DNA from: an uncultured Nitrososphaeraceae archaeon
Lineage (GTDB): Archaea > Thermoproteota > Nitrososphaeria > Nitrososphaerales > Nitrososphaeraceae
Assembly: GCA_963765895.1 (NCBI GenBank)
Contig: CAVXZB010000038.1
Location: 131,068 to 195,067, forward strand
Reading direction: 5' to 3'
Length of the DNA stretch: 64,000 nucleotides
Made by a program: the position numbers and the translations under genes. Shown here piece by piece: positions 24,473 to 34,839 of this stretch (its first letter is position 1; every line of letters begins with the position of its first letter). Under the pieces are notes generated by a model. That model did no database searches and was not told where the DNA came from. It saw only the letters and a program-made list of their open reading frames with translations.

Positions 24473-24777
24473 TTATTTATAAACTAAACAAACCGCATAT
24501 TTTTCATTTATATAGTAAAAAATCTCTGGCGATTTCACGAGGGAATTTATGAACTCCTTTTTGGTTTTAGTACACCACGGACAGAACCGAAAGGGGGCCA
24601 GCGACGCTATAGGCCTATCAAGACGCCGTAGGCCTATAAAATTGTGCATCATTGCATATACCAACCGTCTTTTGTTATAGCGTTATAGGAATTCTCCTTA
24701 GCCTTGTAGTAACAGACATCATATTCCACGCTTTTTTCAAATTTGCGACAACAATATTCTCCAGCCAATATAGTCAT
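24473..24777 (-). pseudogene. CC...FCPWC putative zinc-binding protein (DUF6980-like pattern), frameshifted
   Basis: MTILAGEYCCRKFEKSV... joined to ...APFRFCPWCTK; its start overlaps the upstream stop (TAATG). Confidence 0.5.
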
Positions 24778-24953
24778 TACGAATTATCTGTGACGTCTTT
24801 GCTGCCATTGCCATCGCTCTCGCTGTTATTGCTTTTCATTTTTTTAGTTTTGTTATGTGAATAGACAATAGTCCAGATAGTTGCTACAAAATATGGCAAC
24901 ATTATCAGTATTGCTACTACAGGTGTAACTTCAGTTGGAATGACTGTGACCAT
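24777..24953 (-). CDS. 58-aa single-pass membrane protein
   Basis: MVTVIPTEVTPVVAILIMLPYFVATIWTIVYSHNKTKKMK...; tightly packed with its neighbours. Confidence 0.5.
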   Translation of the reverse strand: MVTVIPTEVTPVVAILIMLPYFVATIWTIVYSHNKTKKMKSNNSESDGNGSKDVTDNS

Positions 24954-24960
24954 AATTTAA

Positions 24961-25125
24961 TTATCTCTCTTCAGTAACTTCTCCTTCTTCAACAATGAGG
25001 TTTGATATCTCTGAACCATCGACATGTCTTATTATGATATTGTATAAGTGGTCCATGCCTTGATCCCTATTCTCGCACTCGAAAGTTCCAGATATCTTAA
25101 AACTATAACGCTTTCTTTCTGTCAA
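24961..25125 (-). CDS. 54-aa hypothetical protein
   Basis: TTG start, (M)TERKRYSFKISGTFECENRDQGMDHLYNIIIRHVDGSEISNLIVEEGEVTEER; operon-like packing. Confidence 0.5.
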   Translation of the reverse strand: MTERKRYSFKISGTFECENRDQGMDHLYNIIIRHVDGSEISNLIVEEGEVTEER

Positions 25126-25150
25126 TGAATTCCACGTCTCAAGTAACTAA

Positions 25151-25372
25151 TCATTTACCCTTTTTTATCTCATCCGTGGTGTGCTGAAAGATTTTAGTCG
25201 TATATGTATTATTACTACTGCTACCGTTACTGGTTGGTGGGTGTGTCGTAAATGTATCATTTCCAAGTGCCTTCACATTTACACTAAGCGAGGCAAGTGA
25301 AGCAGATCCTGCCAGGACCATTGTAACTACGATGATACTCGCCAGAATAATTTTCTTGGTTAACGTTGTTAG
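25151..25372 (-). CDS. Small secreted or membrane-anchored protein (start codon unclear)
   Basis: TKKIILASIIVVTMVLAGSASLASLSVNVKA signal-like segment followed by a Thr/Ser/Asn-rich tail. Confidence 0.45.
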   Translation of the reverse strand, partial: LTTLTKKIILASIIVVTMVLAGSASLASLSVNVKALGNDTFTTHPPTSNGSSSNNTYTTKIFQHTTDEIKKGK

Positions 25373-25532
25373 TTAGTTTACTAGACCCCCTATTTGATAA
25401 CTATGTCATTTCTGTCTTTACCTGATATCACTAGCATAAAGGGTTCCTTAAGATTTCTAATGGGTTGTTTAGACCGTGAGTCAGCGTTTTTATACGACCT
25501 TGTGCCTTTACTCGTATAGAGCCCTTAATTAG

Positions 25533-25565
25533 GTCAAATTTGATTCACACACCCTTTGGGCCCCA
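25533..25565 (-). repeat. Dispersed ~30-bp motif, family 2
   Basis: Reverse complement TGGGGCCCAAAGGGTGTGTGAATCAAATTTGAC resembles the copies at 37905, 42345 and 61479. Confidence 0.6.
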
Positions 25566-25611
25566 GAAGATATATAGCACTAAGAGGCTAGATGATTTGG
25601 ATAACAAGTAA

Positions 25612-25869
25612 TTATATGAATAAGTCCTTTTTTTGATGATTGGACGTTCTTTTTGCTAATGGTGCTTTGCTAATGGTGCTTCTTGGTAAACACTTGTTGT
25701 AGGTGGATTCGGTCTTTTGCAGTTCAGTAACTGATCGATTGTCAAGATTTGGATCTTTGGATACTTGTGTTTCTAGACAGATGATGCATAAGGATCTGTT
25801 ATTTTAGGTTCCTTTATCATTTTACTTGTCATCTCTTATCTGTGCTTCTCTATGATTGATCCCATCATT
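25612..25869 (-). pseudogene. C-terminal remnant of a DNA methyltransferase/Mrr-like restriction endonuclease fusion
   Basis: TSKMIKE...YASSV*KHKYPKIQILTIDQLLNCKRPNPP..YQEAP resembles the YPxIQILTIxxLL tail I recall for this family. Confidence 0.65.
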
Positions 25870-25932
25870 GATGATGTTCCACCGGTTGTATCCAATTATT
25901 AAAATAATAGATAGTAATAATAACAAGAACAT

Positions 25933-26169
25933 CTAGTGTGAGCGATAATAATGATGGCTGTCGCTAGTTCTCCTCTTATCAAAAGAAGCAGCATTCCGTG
26001 GCGGAGGAGGACTATCATTCTCATGTCCTGAATGTGTTCTAATATGATTCCAATAGTCTGAACTTGTGATCGCAGTTTTACATACAGGACAATTGGCATA
26101 CCCACATCTATGATGTCCTATAAAGTTTGGATGAAGCGTAATGTTACATCTATCACATTTATTTTGCAT
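25933..26169 (-). CDS. Small zinc-finger protein (C2H2-like)
   Basis: CDRC..HHRC and CPVC....YWNHIRTH. Confidence 0.7.
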   Translation of the reverse strand: MQNKCDRCNITLHPNFIGHHRCGYANCPVCKTAITSSDYWNHIRTHSGHENDSPPPPRNAASFDKRRTSDSHHYYRSH

Positions 26170-26755
26170 GTCTATTTTATCACTTTTGTCGTTGATAGTA
26201 GTATGTGCATATCATAATTAGGATGTATCGAACGATTGCACTTATATCACGCTGGATAAGATGAAGCTCCAATTACTATATGAAGTGAGAATAGTTATAG
26301 TTATTTCACATGCATTCTGGATATACATAGGCTAATCAGATAACAGTTTATATATGTCTTAGTCATGGGCATGCTCTAGTACTGGGTGACGCGGTCCCAC
26401 TACCTATTTCATAAGTAGCGGGCCGTGAATTATTATTTCCCCTACCGGTGCATTATATCCAGCATGATATCCGGCGCAGTGGTCTGCTGTGTGGTTTACA
26501 CATACCTCTAGTTCAGGATGATCAAGCATCCGAAGATCCTTCCGGATATCCATCAATATAGATTATGTTCTTAGGCGTTGGTTCGAATGTACTCACAAAT
26601 ATTCCCTGCTCGTATTCGAAGATATACTCAGCCGAATGCGCCTGTCTATGAGGGACTATGTATTGATCATAGTACATGCATATAATATATTGCCGCCGTA
26701 ATATCAGGCTCTCACTTCATCGGTACATGATGTAGATGTCTCTTTAAATCCTGTG

Positions 26756-26810
26756 TTCTCTAATACTGATGTGCCGCATATCAGATTATAAATATCTGCT
26801 TAAATTGAGG
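26756..26810 (+). repeat. Dispersed palindromic element, copy B (core only)
   Basis: TAATACTGATGTGCCGCATATCAGATTATAAATATCTGCTTAAATTGAGG. Confidence 0.82.
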
Positions 26811-26865
26811 CGACTCTACAAATGCTGATCTATAGGTAGTAGCAAGTGATGGATGTGAACCAGTG

Positions 26866-26995
26866 TATTTAATTCAGTCAATCACCAGTAAGTTTTAACA
26901 CATCGGACAGTATCGGATTTTGACACGCCCGTATAATTATACCGGAAAAATATCTTCTAATACCGATGTGCGACATGCCAGATTATAAATACTTC
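26866..26995 (+). repeat. Dispersed palindromic element, copy C
   Basis: TTAACACATCGGACAGTATCGGATTTTGACA...GTATAATTATACCGGAAAA...CTTCTAATACCGATGTGCGACATGCCAGATTATAAA; matches copy A. Confidence 0.88.
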
Positions 26996-27418
26996 TGAAA
27001 ACAGGCATAGGATGTAATGATCAGTGCCTATGGGTTATGGCAAAAAACTTATGTACAGGCTGCTCAAGAGGCGCGCCCGCCACACCAAAAAGGAAATAGG
27101 AATGTTATGATAATAATGATAATAATATCGTCAGGCTAGGTTACGTTCGCGCTCCTTCTTCTTCGTCATCTGATTTCCAAATAAAAAATGATGAAATAAT
27201 GATAAAAATAATACGGCATCTACCACTAGAAATATCAACAATTACTTGAAGCGCAGGGCGGATGAGACAAATGAAATCCTGCTAAGCAGTGATGTTTAAG
27301 CTTTGATCTCTAAATGATCTAACTGGATAGTAACGTCTGGAAGAGTAGCCTTATCAGATTAATGAGTTTGTATATATCTTCTATTTATTACTGTATCAAA
27401 ATACGGTAATAAATTTTG

Positions 27419-27578
27419 CTACTGTTGATTAATGCAATTAAGACACCATTGTTGATCTACTGGCAGAGCTTCTGTTCTGGGCTCAGGTACCTCTACTGCT
27501 CATACCGCTATTCACGTCCTGTTCAGATATAACTCGTACAAGGTATTTTGTATCTTTGCCACATTTGTCACATAGCAT
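27419..27578 (-). pseudogene. Micro zinc-ribbon protein, frameshifted
   Basis: MLCDKCGKDTKYLVRV..., then in a shifted frame EALPVDQQWCLNCINQQ*. Confidence 0.55.
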
Positions 27579-27754
27579 ATTATTTTTCTTACGATCTATT
27601 CGTTTGACATTATATAATAAGAAATCGTCCTTCAATCCATCAAATAAGAAATTGTAGACAATTCAATTAATCGTTATAATGTAGGCAAATACACTCAAGG
27701 ATTAAAGAACAACACAGATGGCCCACTTGGTATCTACATACAACATGATAACTA

Positions 27755-27850
27755 GGAAAAGTCCCTTCTAATATAGATGTGCCGCACGCCAGATTATAAA
27801 CATTTGGTAAAGTGGTATCTTATATGGATAGACCAGCTTGGTTGAATGCA
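27755..27850 (+). repeat. Dispersed palindromic element, copy D, next to the integrase 3' end
   Basis: GGAAAAGTCCCTTCTAATATAGATGTGCCGCACGCCAGATTATAAACATTT; the downstream bases also resemble those after copy A. Confidence 0.85.
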
Positions 27851-27883
27851 CATAGAACTGAGTAGTTGATACTGCCCCAAATG

Positions 27884-29096
27884 CTAAGTCATGCCCGGCG
27901 CGCCAGCAACCTGTCTTCTTTCGATTTCCTGTAACCTAGCTGATAATGACACAAGCTGATCTGATAACCGGCTATGGCATCATCCTTTATTTTATCGCGC
28001 TGTCTTAGTGATTGATTCAATTCTTCCAATTCCTCTACCTTAGTCTGTATATCGGCGCCCTGTCTTTCTAGTTGCTGGACATTAAGGAATATAGATAAGG
28101 TTCAATTTTACGGAATATCTCAGCTTTTTCCCGAATCCTTTTTGCGCCAGTATGTAGAACCTGCGTGTCCTATAATATTCCGAGTAATCAGCATAACCTA
28201 GGTCAGATATGGTAGTCTTAACAAACCTTCTAAATGAATGAAGAGTTATCTGTCTTCGTCGTTCGTTACCATCCTCTCTTGCATCTTTACCTATACGATC
28301 TATTGTCATTTGAAAAGACTTTAGCAAGTCGTTATAAAGCCACAAATAATTTGGTCTTTCAATATCTTGGTAAACTGCAAATACAAAATCAGTATTAATC
28401 ATAGTGGGATTTCTATATTCTGAAATGGTTTTTCCATCTTGCTTGCCTTTGTGGCAGACTCTCCTGGTTCGATATTTATAATCTAGCCATGATTTTAACT
28501 GATTGGCGACTTCGTTAGTTAGAAAAATAATTCTATCTGATCTGGTCTTAGTATATTCACCTCTTATAGATAATTTTGAAGGAGTTGAGTCAAAAATCCA
28601 AGTCCTTTACACGTATTGATAAAGCTTCTCCTGCACGCATACCGGTGGTTGCTAACAACATCGTAAAAGTTTTTAGCATGATGTCAGACGATGGCATTTA
28701 ATATCTCTACGATATCCTCTTTAGATATCGCCCTTTATATCTTATTGCTGTGATTTATACCTTTAGTTATCTACGTACTAAAATATATTCATGATACTCA
28801 AGAAAGTTTTTTTATCGTTACGACTCGCTGCTTCAGCGTAATTGTTGAAATCCTGTTTTCACTTGAATATCTAGCATATCTATTGAGAAGAGAGTAAGCA
28901 TCTTCTTTATTCTTCTGATTTTTGAAATCAAATCCGCTAAATCTAACGAGTATTTATCCTCCACAAATTTCTTGAAAGTTTTAAGCCTTGCATGATATTC
29001 TCTTGCGGTTAATTTGTTCATCATGCTTACATTTGTGACGTATTCAGAGATTAGATAATCTGAATTCAAATTATATTTTATTACGCTTAAACTCAT
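27884..29096 (-). pseudogene. Tyrosine recombinase/integrase, multiply frameshifted
   Basis: Motifs across frames: LLATTGMRAGEALSIRVKDL (catalytic R), RGEYTKTRSDRIIFL (K), TLHSFRRF (HxxR), GHAGSTYWR (H/Y), then a coiled-coil-like tail. Confidence 0.9.
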
Positions 29097-29130
29097 ATAC
29101 TCCGTATTTACAGTCTTATATTCAACGCAA

Positions 29131-29409
29131 TTATGTAATTTGCTCTACTATCCACTCTTTGAACTTTATAATTGCAAATACTTCAGACTGCTTGATAAAA
29201 GCAGGATCTTTTATTTTCCATTCAGCTTGGGGAATAGAATCAAAAAACTCTTGCATACACAAAGTAAATCTGAAGCGTAAATTTCTTGGGTTTTCAGTTA
29301 TTCCATAATGATATAAAATATCATTAATCTTTTCGAATGCATCATCATAATCTCTTTTAAATGATGGCATTTCAAAAACGTGATACAATATTGAAATTAT
29401 TGCATCCAA
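29131..29409 (-). CDS. Hypothetical protein co-oriented upstream of the integrase
   Basis: 92-aa ORF ending 34 bp before the integrase start. Confidence 0.5.
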   Translation of the reverse strand: MDAIISILYHVFEMPSFKRDYDDAFEKINDILYHYGITENPRNLRFRFTLCMQEFFDSIPQAEWKIKDPAFIKQSEVFAIIKFKEWIVEQIT

Positions 29410-29643
29410 ATCCCCACGTATGGTAATCAGATTTTATTCCCTAATTAGACTTCACTTCTTATCTAATTATGTATTTGTCAATATATAGCTAGTCAAACAT
29501 TTTCAGCTATAACTGGCCTAAGGCCAATTACATTTGCTCTAGCTAAGTTAGGACTAACTTTAGCAACTATTAGCCGATTTTCCTTGTCTAATAAGACAAT
29601 ACAATCCATTCTCTTTTATTTGACAGATAATAGTTAGTATCAG

Positions 29644-31053
29644 TTAGAACAGTTCACCCTGATATTCGAGATCGCTAAAATCTAAGGTATTGTTATATGC
29701 CGTTTCTCTTAACATTTTAATAGTCTTCGACGAAAAGTCAAATATCTTGTTTGATATAATATGTTCATCATTTTTTCGGTTTATCCGTACTATTTTGCCT
29801 ATTTCATATTGTCCGACAAGTATATCTGAATATTTTCTATTTCTAAAGGCCAGACCGTGATTCATAGTCTTTCTGTCTAATAAGGCATTTATGACGTCAT
29901 CTTTTACACCATTATCTTTTGCAATCTTGATTAGCTCTCTTGCTAGATCGACGTAGTCAGATACTAGTAATAGGACCTGTTCATCACGTCCTGTTCTGTC
30001 AGAAAAGGTTATGTCGCCATTTCTATTTACGATCCCATCGCGGTCCCAGGGAATCCTGTCTTGCTTAACTGGATGGACATTTACCAAGGCTATATTCAAT
30101 CTTGGAACAGTGTGTTTGAAACCCTTTCTCTTCAGCCAATATTGCCGGTGTAGCAGAACGACCTGCGATAGAGGAGTATTACTCATTATTCCGCCGTCCC
30201 AAAAGTACCGGATACTTTTCTCGTAGTCAGATTTAACGCTATTATAGCTTTCGACTTCTAAAGTGCTGTAGCCATAGTTAAGTGGTACAGATGCACTTGC
30301 AATAACATGATCAGCTGTGATCCCGTCGTTGTACCTTATAACATGTGTGAATCCTACTTCTTTTCCATCTTGTACATTATATTTTCCATACCCAGATTTT
30401 CTTGTACCGTCTTCCTTTTCGTAACTATCAAATACTACAGTCGCACCTTCTGCTACGTCAACACTAACTAGGATGAGTCTTGGTTTAGTCAACGAATCTC
30501 TTTCGTCAAAAGTTGTCGCTATTGGAAACTTTGCGAACCTTTCTAAGCTTCTCTTTAGTGGACCACTGTCAAAGCGATACCATATATTTTGGGGATCAAA
30601 AAATTTAGCATCGAGTTGTGGTGTTAAAGGAGAAAAAACAGTAGGTACTCCTGTAACCGAAAACTCTTTTGTAGAATAATATCGCCTCGCAGCTTCTCCA
30701 GTGGCTATACCGCGGTCAATGTTGTTGTGTAAGTAATCCCACCAATTTGTAAAGCCAGGAATACAATCCAATAATGATTCCTTTGATAAATATTCCCAGA
30801 ATTCTACTAGTCTTTCAGAAGAGCCCTCCCATGTATTATTTTCCATCACATAGCTCACGATAACTGCTGAATTTATAGCCCCAATCGAAGTCCCAGCGAC
30901 AATATCTAAGAACGGTTTACCTTTAAACCCCCTTTCCTTATCCTTTTTGGTGACTATTTCATACAATGCCTGATATGCTCCTGCTTCATACGCTCCAAGT
31001 GAACCGCCACCCTGTAGGACTAGTACTCTTTGGAAATCTGGTAAATCCTTCAT
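29644..31053 (-). CDS. Patatin-like phospholipase, copy 2 (intact)
   Basis: QGGGSLGAY, GTSIG, WDGG; uninterrupted 469-aa ORF. Confidence 0.93.
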   Translation of the reverse strand: MKDLPDFQRVLVLQGGGSLGAYEAGAYQALYEIVTKKDKERGFKGKPFLDIVAGTSIGAINSAVIVSYVMENNTWEGSSERLVEFWEYLSKESLLDCIPGFTNWWDYLHNNIDRGIATGEAARRYYSTKEFSVTGVPTVFSPLTPQLDAKFFDPQNIWYRFDSGPLKRSLERFAKFPIATTFDERDSLTKPRLILVSVDVAEGATVVFDSYEKEDGTRKSGYGKYNVQDGKEVGFTHVIRYNDGITADHVIASASVPLNYGYSTLEVESYNSVKSDYEKSIRYFWDGGIMSNTPLSQVVLLHRQYWLKRKGFKHTVPRLNIALVNVHPVKQDRIPWDRDGIVNRNGDITFSDRTGRDEQVLLLVSDYVDLARELIKIAKDNGVKDDVINALLDRKTMNHGLAFRNRKYSDILVGQYEIGKIVRINRKNDEHIISNKIFDFSSKTIKMLRETAYNNTLDFSDLEYQGELF

Positions 31054-31679
31054 GTATTATCTAAATATGTCAATAGAGAACTTATTATGTTTGACTATTT
31101 TGACACCCTTCAGAGGCGGTTCCAAATATATCCAATGTCTACTAGATCCTGATCTGAATAGAGTTATTTTGTTGTCTTTAGAGTCTACTGAACGCATTGT
31201 GTAATTTTGCCTTTGTAATGCTAGAGACCACAGCTAGACACAGATTCAACTTTTTTTAGGCTAGGGGACTGTGAAACTATAAGAATGAATTAGCCCAGAT
31301 ACCTGATAGGAAGGCAACTAATGTTTTGGCTTTTCTCCGAGATTTAAAGGCTAGGTAATGGATGTCAATGATATCAAATATTAGGCGGTAGGAGACATCA
31401 AACCTTTTTATCATTTTTCTGGAATTTCATGTTTCAATAAGTGAATACTAAACTTACTGGCTTGATTTTTGGCAAAATCTTCGAATTGAACACGTATAAT
31501 ATTGGCTTAGTGGCATCATGTATCAGCAATAGCACTGCAATCATGGTGTAGCACATAGGCCAACTAATAGAGAACATGGAGTATTTGGGACATTTTTTTG
31601 ATGGTTGGATAACCATACAATGCGCAATTTACTCAAGGAGGGGATTCAATAGTTTATATATTTTAACTTTCTGTGGTAT

Positions 31680-32110
31680 AGTAATGTTTTAACTTGTTAT
31701 TTCATTTATGATTTTTATCAGCTCTTCATTTTCAATTGGCTTTCTAATAAATTGATTTTCCTTTAGTTCACTAACCATATCTATAAATTCTCTACTGTTA
31801 AATCGGCCAGCTGTTAGAAAGCAGACCTTAGCTTTATTATCGATCTTTTTGAGTTCTCTAAATAATTAAAGCCATTCATTTTTTTCAGTTTGATATCTAG
31901 GAGTAAAAGATCATACAGATCCTTCTTAAAATCCTCCAATGCTAAACCAGGATCGTCAAACGTATCAACTACAAATCCGTTGTCTTCCAGAACATTCGCG
32001 AAGGTTATACAGATATCAGATTCATCATCTACAACTAAAATCCTCTTCATTTTGCTTAAATTTAACCGCTTCCCAACTTGAATCGTTATCATTTCACCTT
32101 CATGAAACAT
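31680..32110 (-). CDS. Stand-alone response-regulator receiver protein (frameshift near 31860)
   Basis: RILVVDDESD, YDLLLLDIKL; a shifted frame supplies FLTA and FIRKPIENEELIK. Confidence 0.8.
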
Positions 32111-32339
32111 GCATTAAAATACTAGGATTTTTTTGTGTCATTGTTTTTGATAATAAGCTAGAAAGGTACATTGCAACTACATTATTGCAGTCTCTGACTT
32201 ATTTCTATATTTAACTATGTATACTAGAAGTTTAGCATTTTATTCAGAACAATTTGCAAATTAATTAATCTTTATATAGACAGGAAACCGAACTTTTATA
32301 TATTTATTGATAATAAAACCCTCATCGACTAGTAAGAAA

Positions 32340-32899
32340 GGGCTGACCGCAGCCACGAAGGGAAAAAACTGAGAGTGTTACATTTAGAATTGAGTCTAGA
32401 GCATTAAAGAACTTGACGAGAAGCTCAACAAAAAGATATTAGTACCAACATGTTGGTAAATAAATTAATAAAAGATCATCTAAATTGGCATTCTACTGCA
32501 GCAAAGGCTGGTTTTATATCGCTCAGAAGACCGTTTGTTTCAAGGCTCATAAAATATCTACCGGAACAAGAAATTATTTCTCTAGCTGAATACGTGGCAA
32601 AGACAACAAATAAGGATTCTGTACTACTTATGAAAAATGAATACACTATAAAGTCAGCTCTAGATCTATTAGAATCCTGGATAAAAATATCTGATTTTCC
32701 ATACAGACATGAGGAGGAGATGTATGATGATCAGAACAAGCACTCATATGTCGTACAACATGATATGGGAATCAAAGCGTCAATATATCTCTCTAGTTTA
32801 TTTCAATTCCTGTTTGAAGAATTAGGACAATACAAAAAGATAGATTTTGATAAAACTGAAAATACGTTAACATTTTCAATCGATATTGGAACTTGCTAG
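32340..32899 (+). CDS. Putative regulator with ribbon-helix-helix-like N-terminus (frameshifted; start approximate)
   Basis: Upstream frame TESVTFRIESRALK joins ISTNMLVNKLIKDHLNWH; C-terminal YVVQHDMGIKASIYL. Confidence 0.6.
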
Positions 32900-32904
32900 A
32901 GGAA

Positions 32905-33180
32905 CAACGATGTTTCTACATGTGGGGTAATATCCATTTTGCTGGAGATCAGTATATTTCTGCAACTTCTGAGTGACATCTTCGTGCTATGATTGGGGTT
33001 GTAGCTTTTGTTGTTCTAGTGCTTCTCTCTGCGTTCTCTGTGCTTCTCCCTGTCGTTGTGCTTGTTGTTGTTGTTGTTGTTGTACTTCATATGCTTCGGC
33101 CTGTCGGTCCATATCAGCTCCTGTTCGATGTCTGGCTATGCCTACTTCTAAGGCTACTGAAGCCAATCTTCCTTATTTTA
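32905..33180 (-). pseudogene. Gln-rich SHOCT-like protein remnant containing a (CAA)n tract
   Basis: GIARHRTG..YEVQQQQQQAQRQ..QPQS*HEDVTQKLQKYTDLQQNG. Confidence 0.5.
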
Positions 33181-33934
33181 TCTTCGAGAGAGTATTAGCA
33201 GTTATAATATACTTTCCGAAAATGAGTTTCGCCCTGTCAACTTAGCAATGTCTATACTGGCAAAGATTCCGTCCTGCTATTTACCGCGCGAGATGAGAAA
33301 ATGTCTTTAACTGTATTACTGTATCTGTTGCTCTAATAAGCGAGTATTTGAATAATTCTAAGGCAATCCAAACGTTTGGACAAAAGAGAGGACTCATGTT
33401 ATTATATCGAAATAGACTCATATAGTTAGCCTTCTCAGATATCTCTGCTGCCGCAGAGAGTATATGTGTTTTCAATCGATGAAGCCATGCTTCTGATTGA
33501 CCCTGACTAAAGCTTTGCCATACAGAGGATATTTTATGACAGTGGTATACTGATTCCATGTTTCTTAACCTCCTTCAATTGATATTTCTTTCCAATCAAG
33601 TACCAATATCTTGTGGTAACTGTCGTTATACTCTTTGCCGTCCATGGAGTAGGTTATGGAAGGTCTTTTGATATACATAAGAACAAATGAAAGTTATCGA
33701 GAAATCAGAGTAATAGTTAGTTAGACAGTTATAGATTCAACAATTGTACAGCTATGTATGAACTAACTTGAAACACTAACAAACCTTGTCGCCCTGCGAT
33801 GATCCAGTCAGACGTCAGAAAAACATTTTCTAACCCATTTTAAAAGCAAGCGATAGACCTTACGCTTGCTTCGGGAAAATTACTAACTATGATATAAGAA
33901 AACTTTTTTTTAACTTCATCAAATGCTTGTTTTA

Positions 33935-34588
33935 TCAAAAGTGTTTATAATAATTACCATGTTGCATATGTTGCCTTCGAAGGGTGGTCACTATGCCTTT
34001 ATAACTAAGGCCGTCGTTGTTGTTTATCCTTTTGATGTAAGCACCTATCAATTTCTTCTCGGCTATCAAAAGGAATAAGATTATGGCAGCAGGGATTAAG
34101 AGAAGGAGAGAAATGAAGAAAAACGGTTCATTAGCCCTATAAATTAGGATGGGGCTTCCCAATAGTATTGCGATCTGGTAAACCGCAATAAGTGTAAAAA
34201 CTGGAATAATTAGTGCCCAGATCATTGCTTTAAAATACCTACTTGTTTGTTTATCTGTTGCCTTAAGGGTAAGTCTCAATCCATAGATAACCAAAGATAT
34301 ACCCAAAAGGAAGACGCCTAAAGCCGCGTATTGACCCTGTGTGGCTGTTTTGCTAAATTCTCGGCCCATACTCTTGAGCAGCTGAACCTCTTCAGAAGTC
34401 GACCTCTTAATGTCTTTTATGTCAGATGACTGGTTTGGAGTTAGACTTTCTTGCAGTGGCATCTCCTCTGTCAAATTACTTGTGCTGTTAACCTGAGAAG
34501 AGGCTGTGAATTCTGGTATTGATATAGAGCTTACTAAATAGCACATGAACATCATATTAAAAACGGCAAGTGTAAAGAAAAACAACAA
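33935..34588 (-). CDS. Uncharacterised membrane protein (signal peptide plus 3 TM), paralog of 51943..52428
   Basis: Hydrophobic segments LGVFLLGISLVIYGL, WALIIPV and LLLLIPA. Confidence 0.7.
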   Translation of the reverse strand: MLFFFTLAVFNMMFMCYLVSSISIPEFTASSQVNSTSNLTEEMPLQESLTPNQSSDIKDIKRSTSEEVQLLKSMGREFSKTATQGQYAALGVFLLGISLVIYGLRLTLKATDKQTSRYFKAMIWALIIPVFTLIAVYQIAILLGSPILIYRANEPFFFISLLLLIPAAIILFLLIAEKKLIGAYIKRINNNDGLSYKGIVTTLRRQHMQHGNYYKHF

Positions 34589-34839
34589 TTGAGTAACTAA
34601 TTCTAATAGACATCACTTGTTGCTGCGAATCCAAAGCTATTTTATCTTCTCTTTATCACCTTGTATTATTTGTTTTGCCATATGCTGCTTTGCGCCGTAT
34701 TACAATAATGCCATAATTTAACTTGTATTTGAATGAAAAATAATTTTCATGAAAAAATAAATACGTGTAATTAAGTTTTAAGATCTACGGCAAGTTACTA
34801 TCGATATGGATATGCTGAAAAAGAAAAAATGTGAATATC

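Noticed and set aside
22373-27850. Canonical integron attC sites or CRISPR repeats
   Set aside because: No complementary RYYYAAC/GTTRRRY ends; copies are divergent and spaced 0.1-4.3 kb apart.
32973-33245. Plus-strand poly-Cys and poly-Val ORFs
   Set aside because: These are shadow frames of a minus-strand (CAA)n Gln tract.
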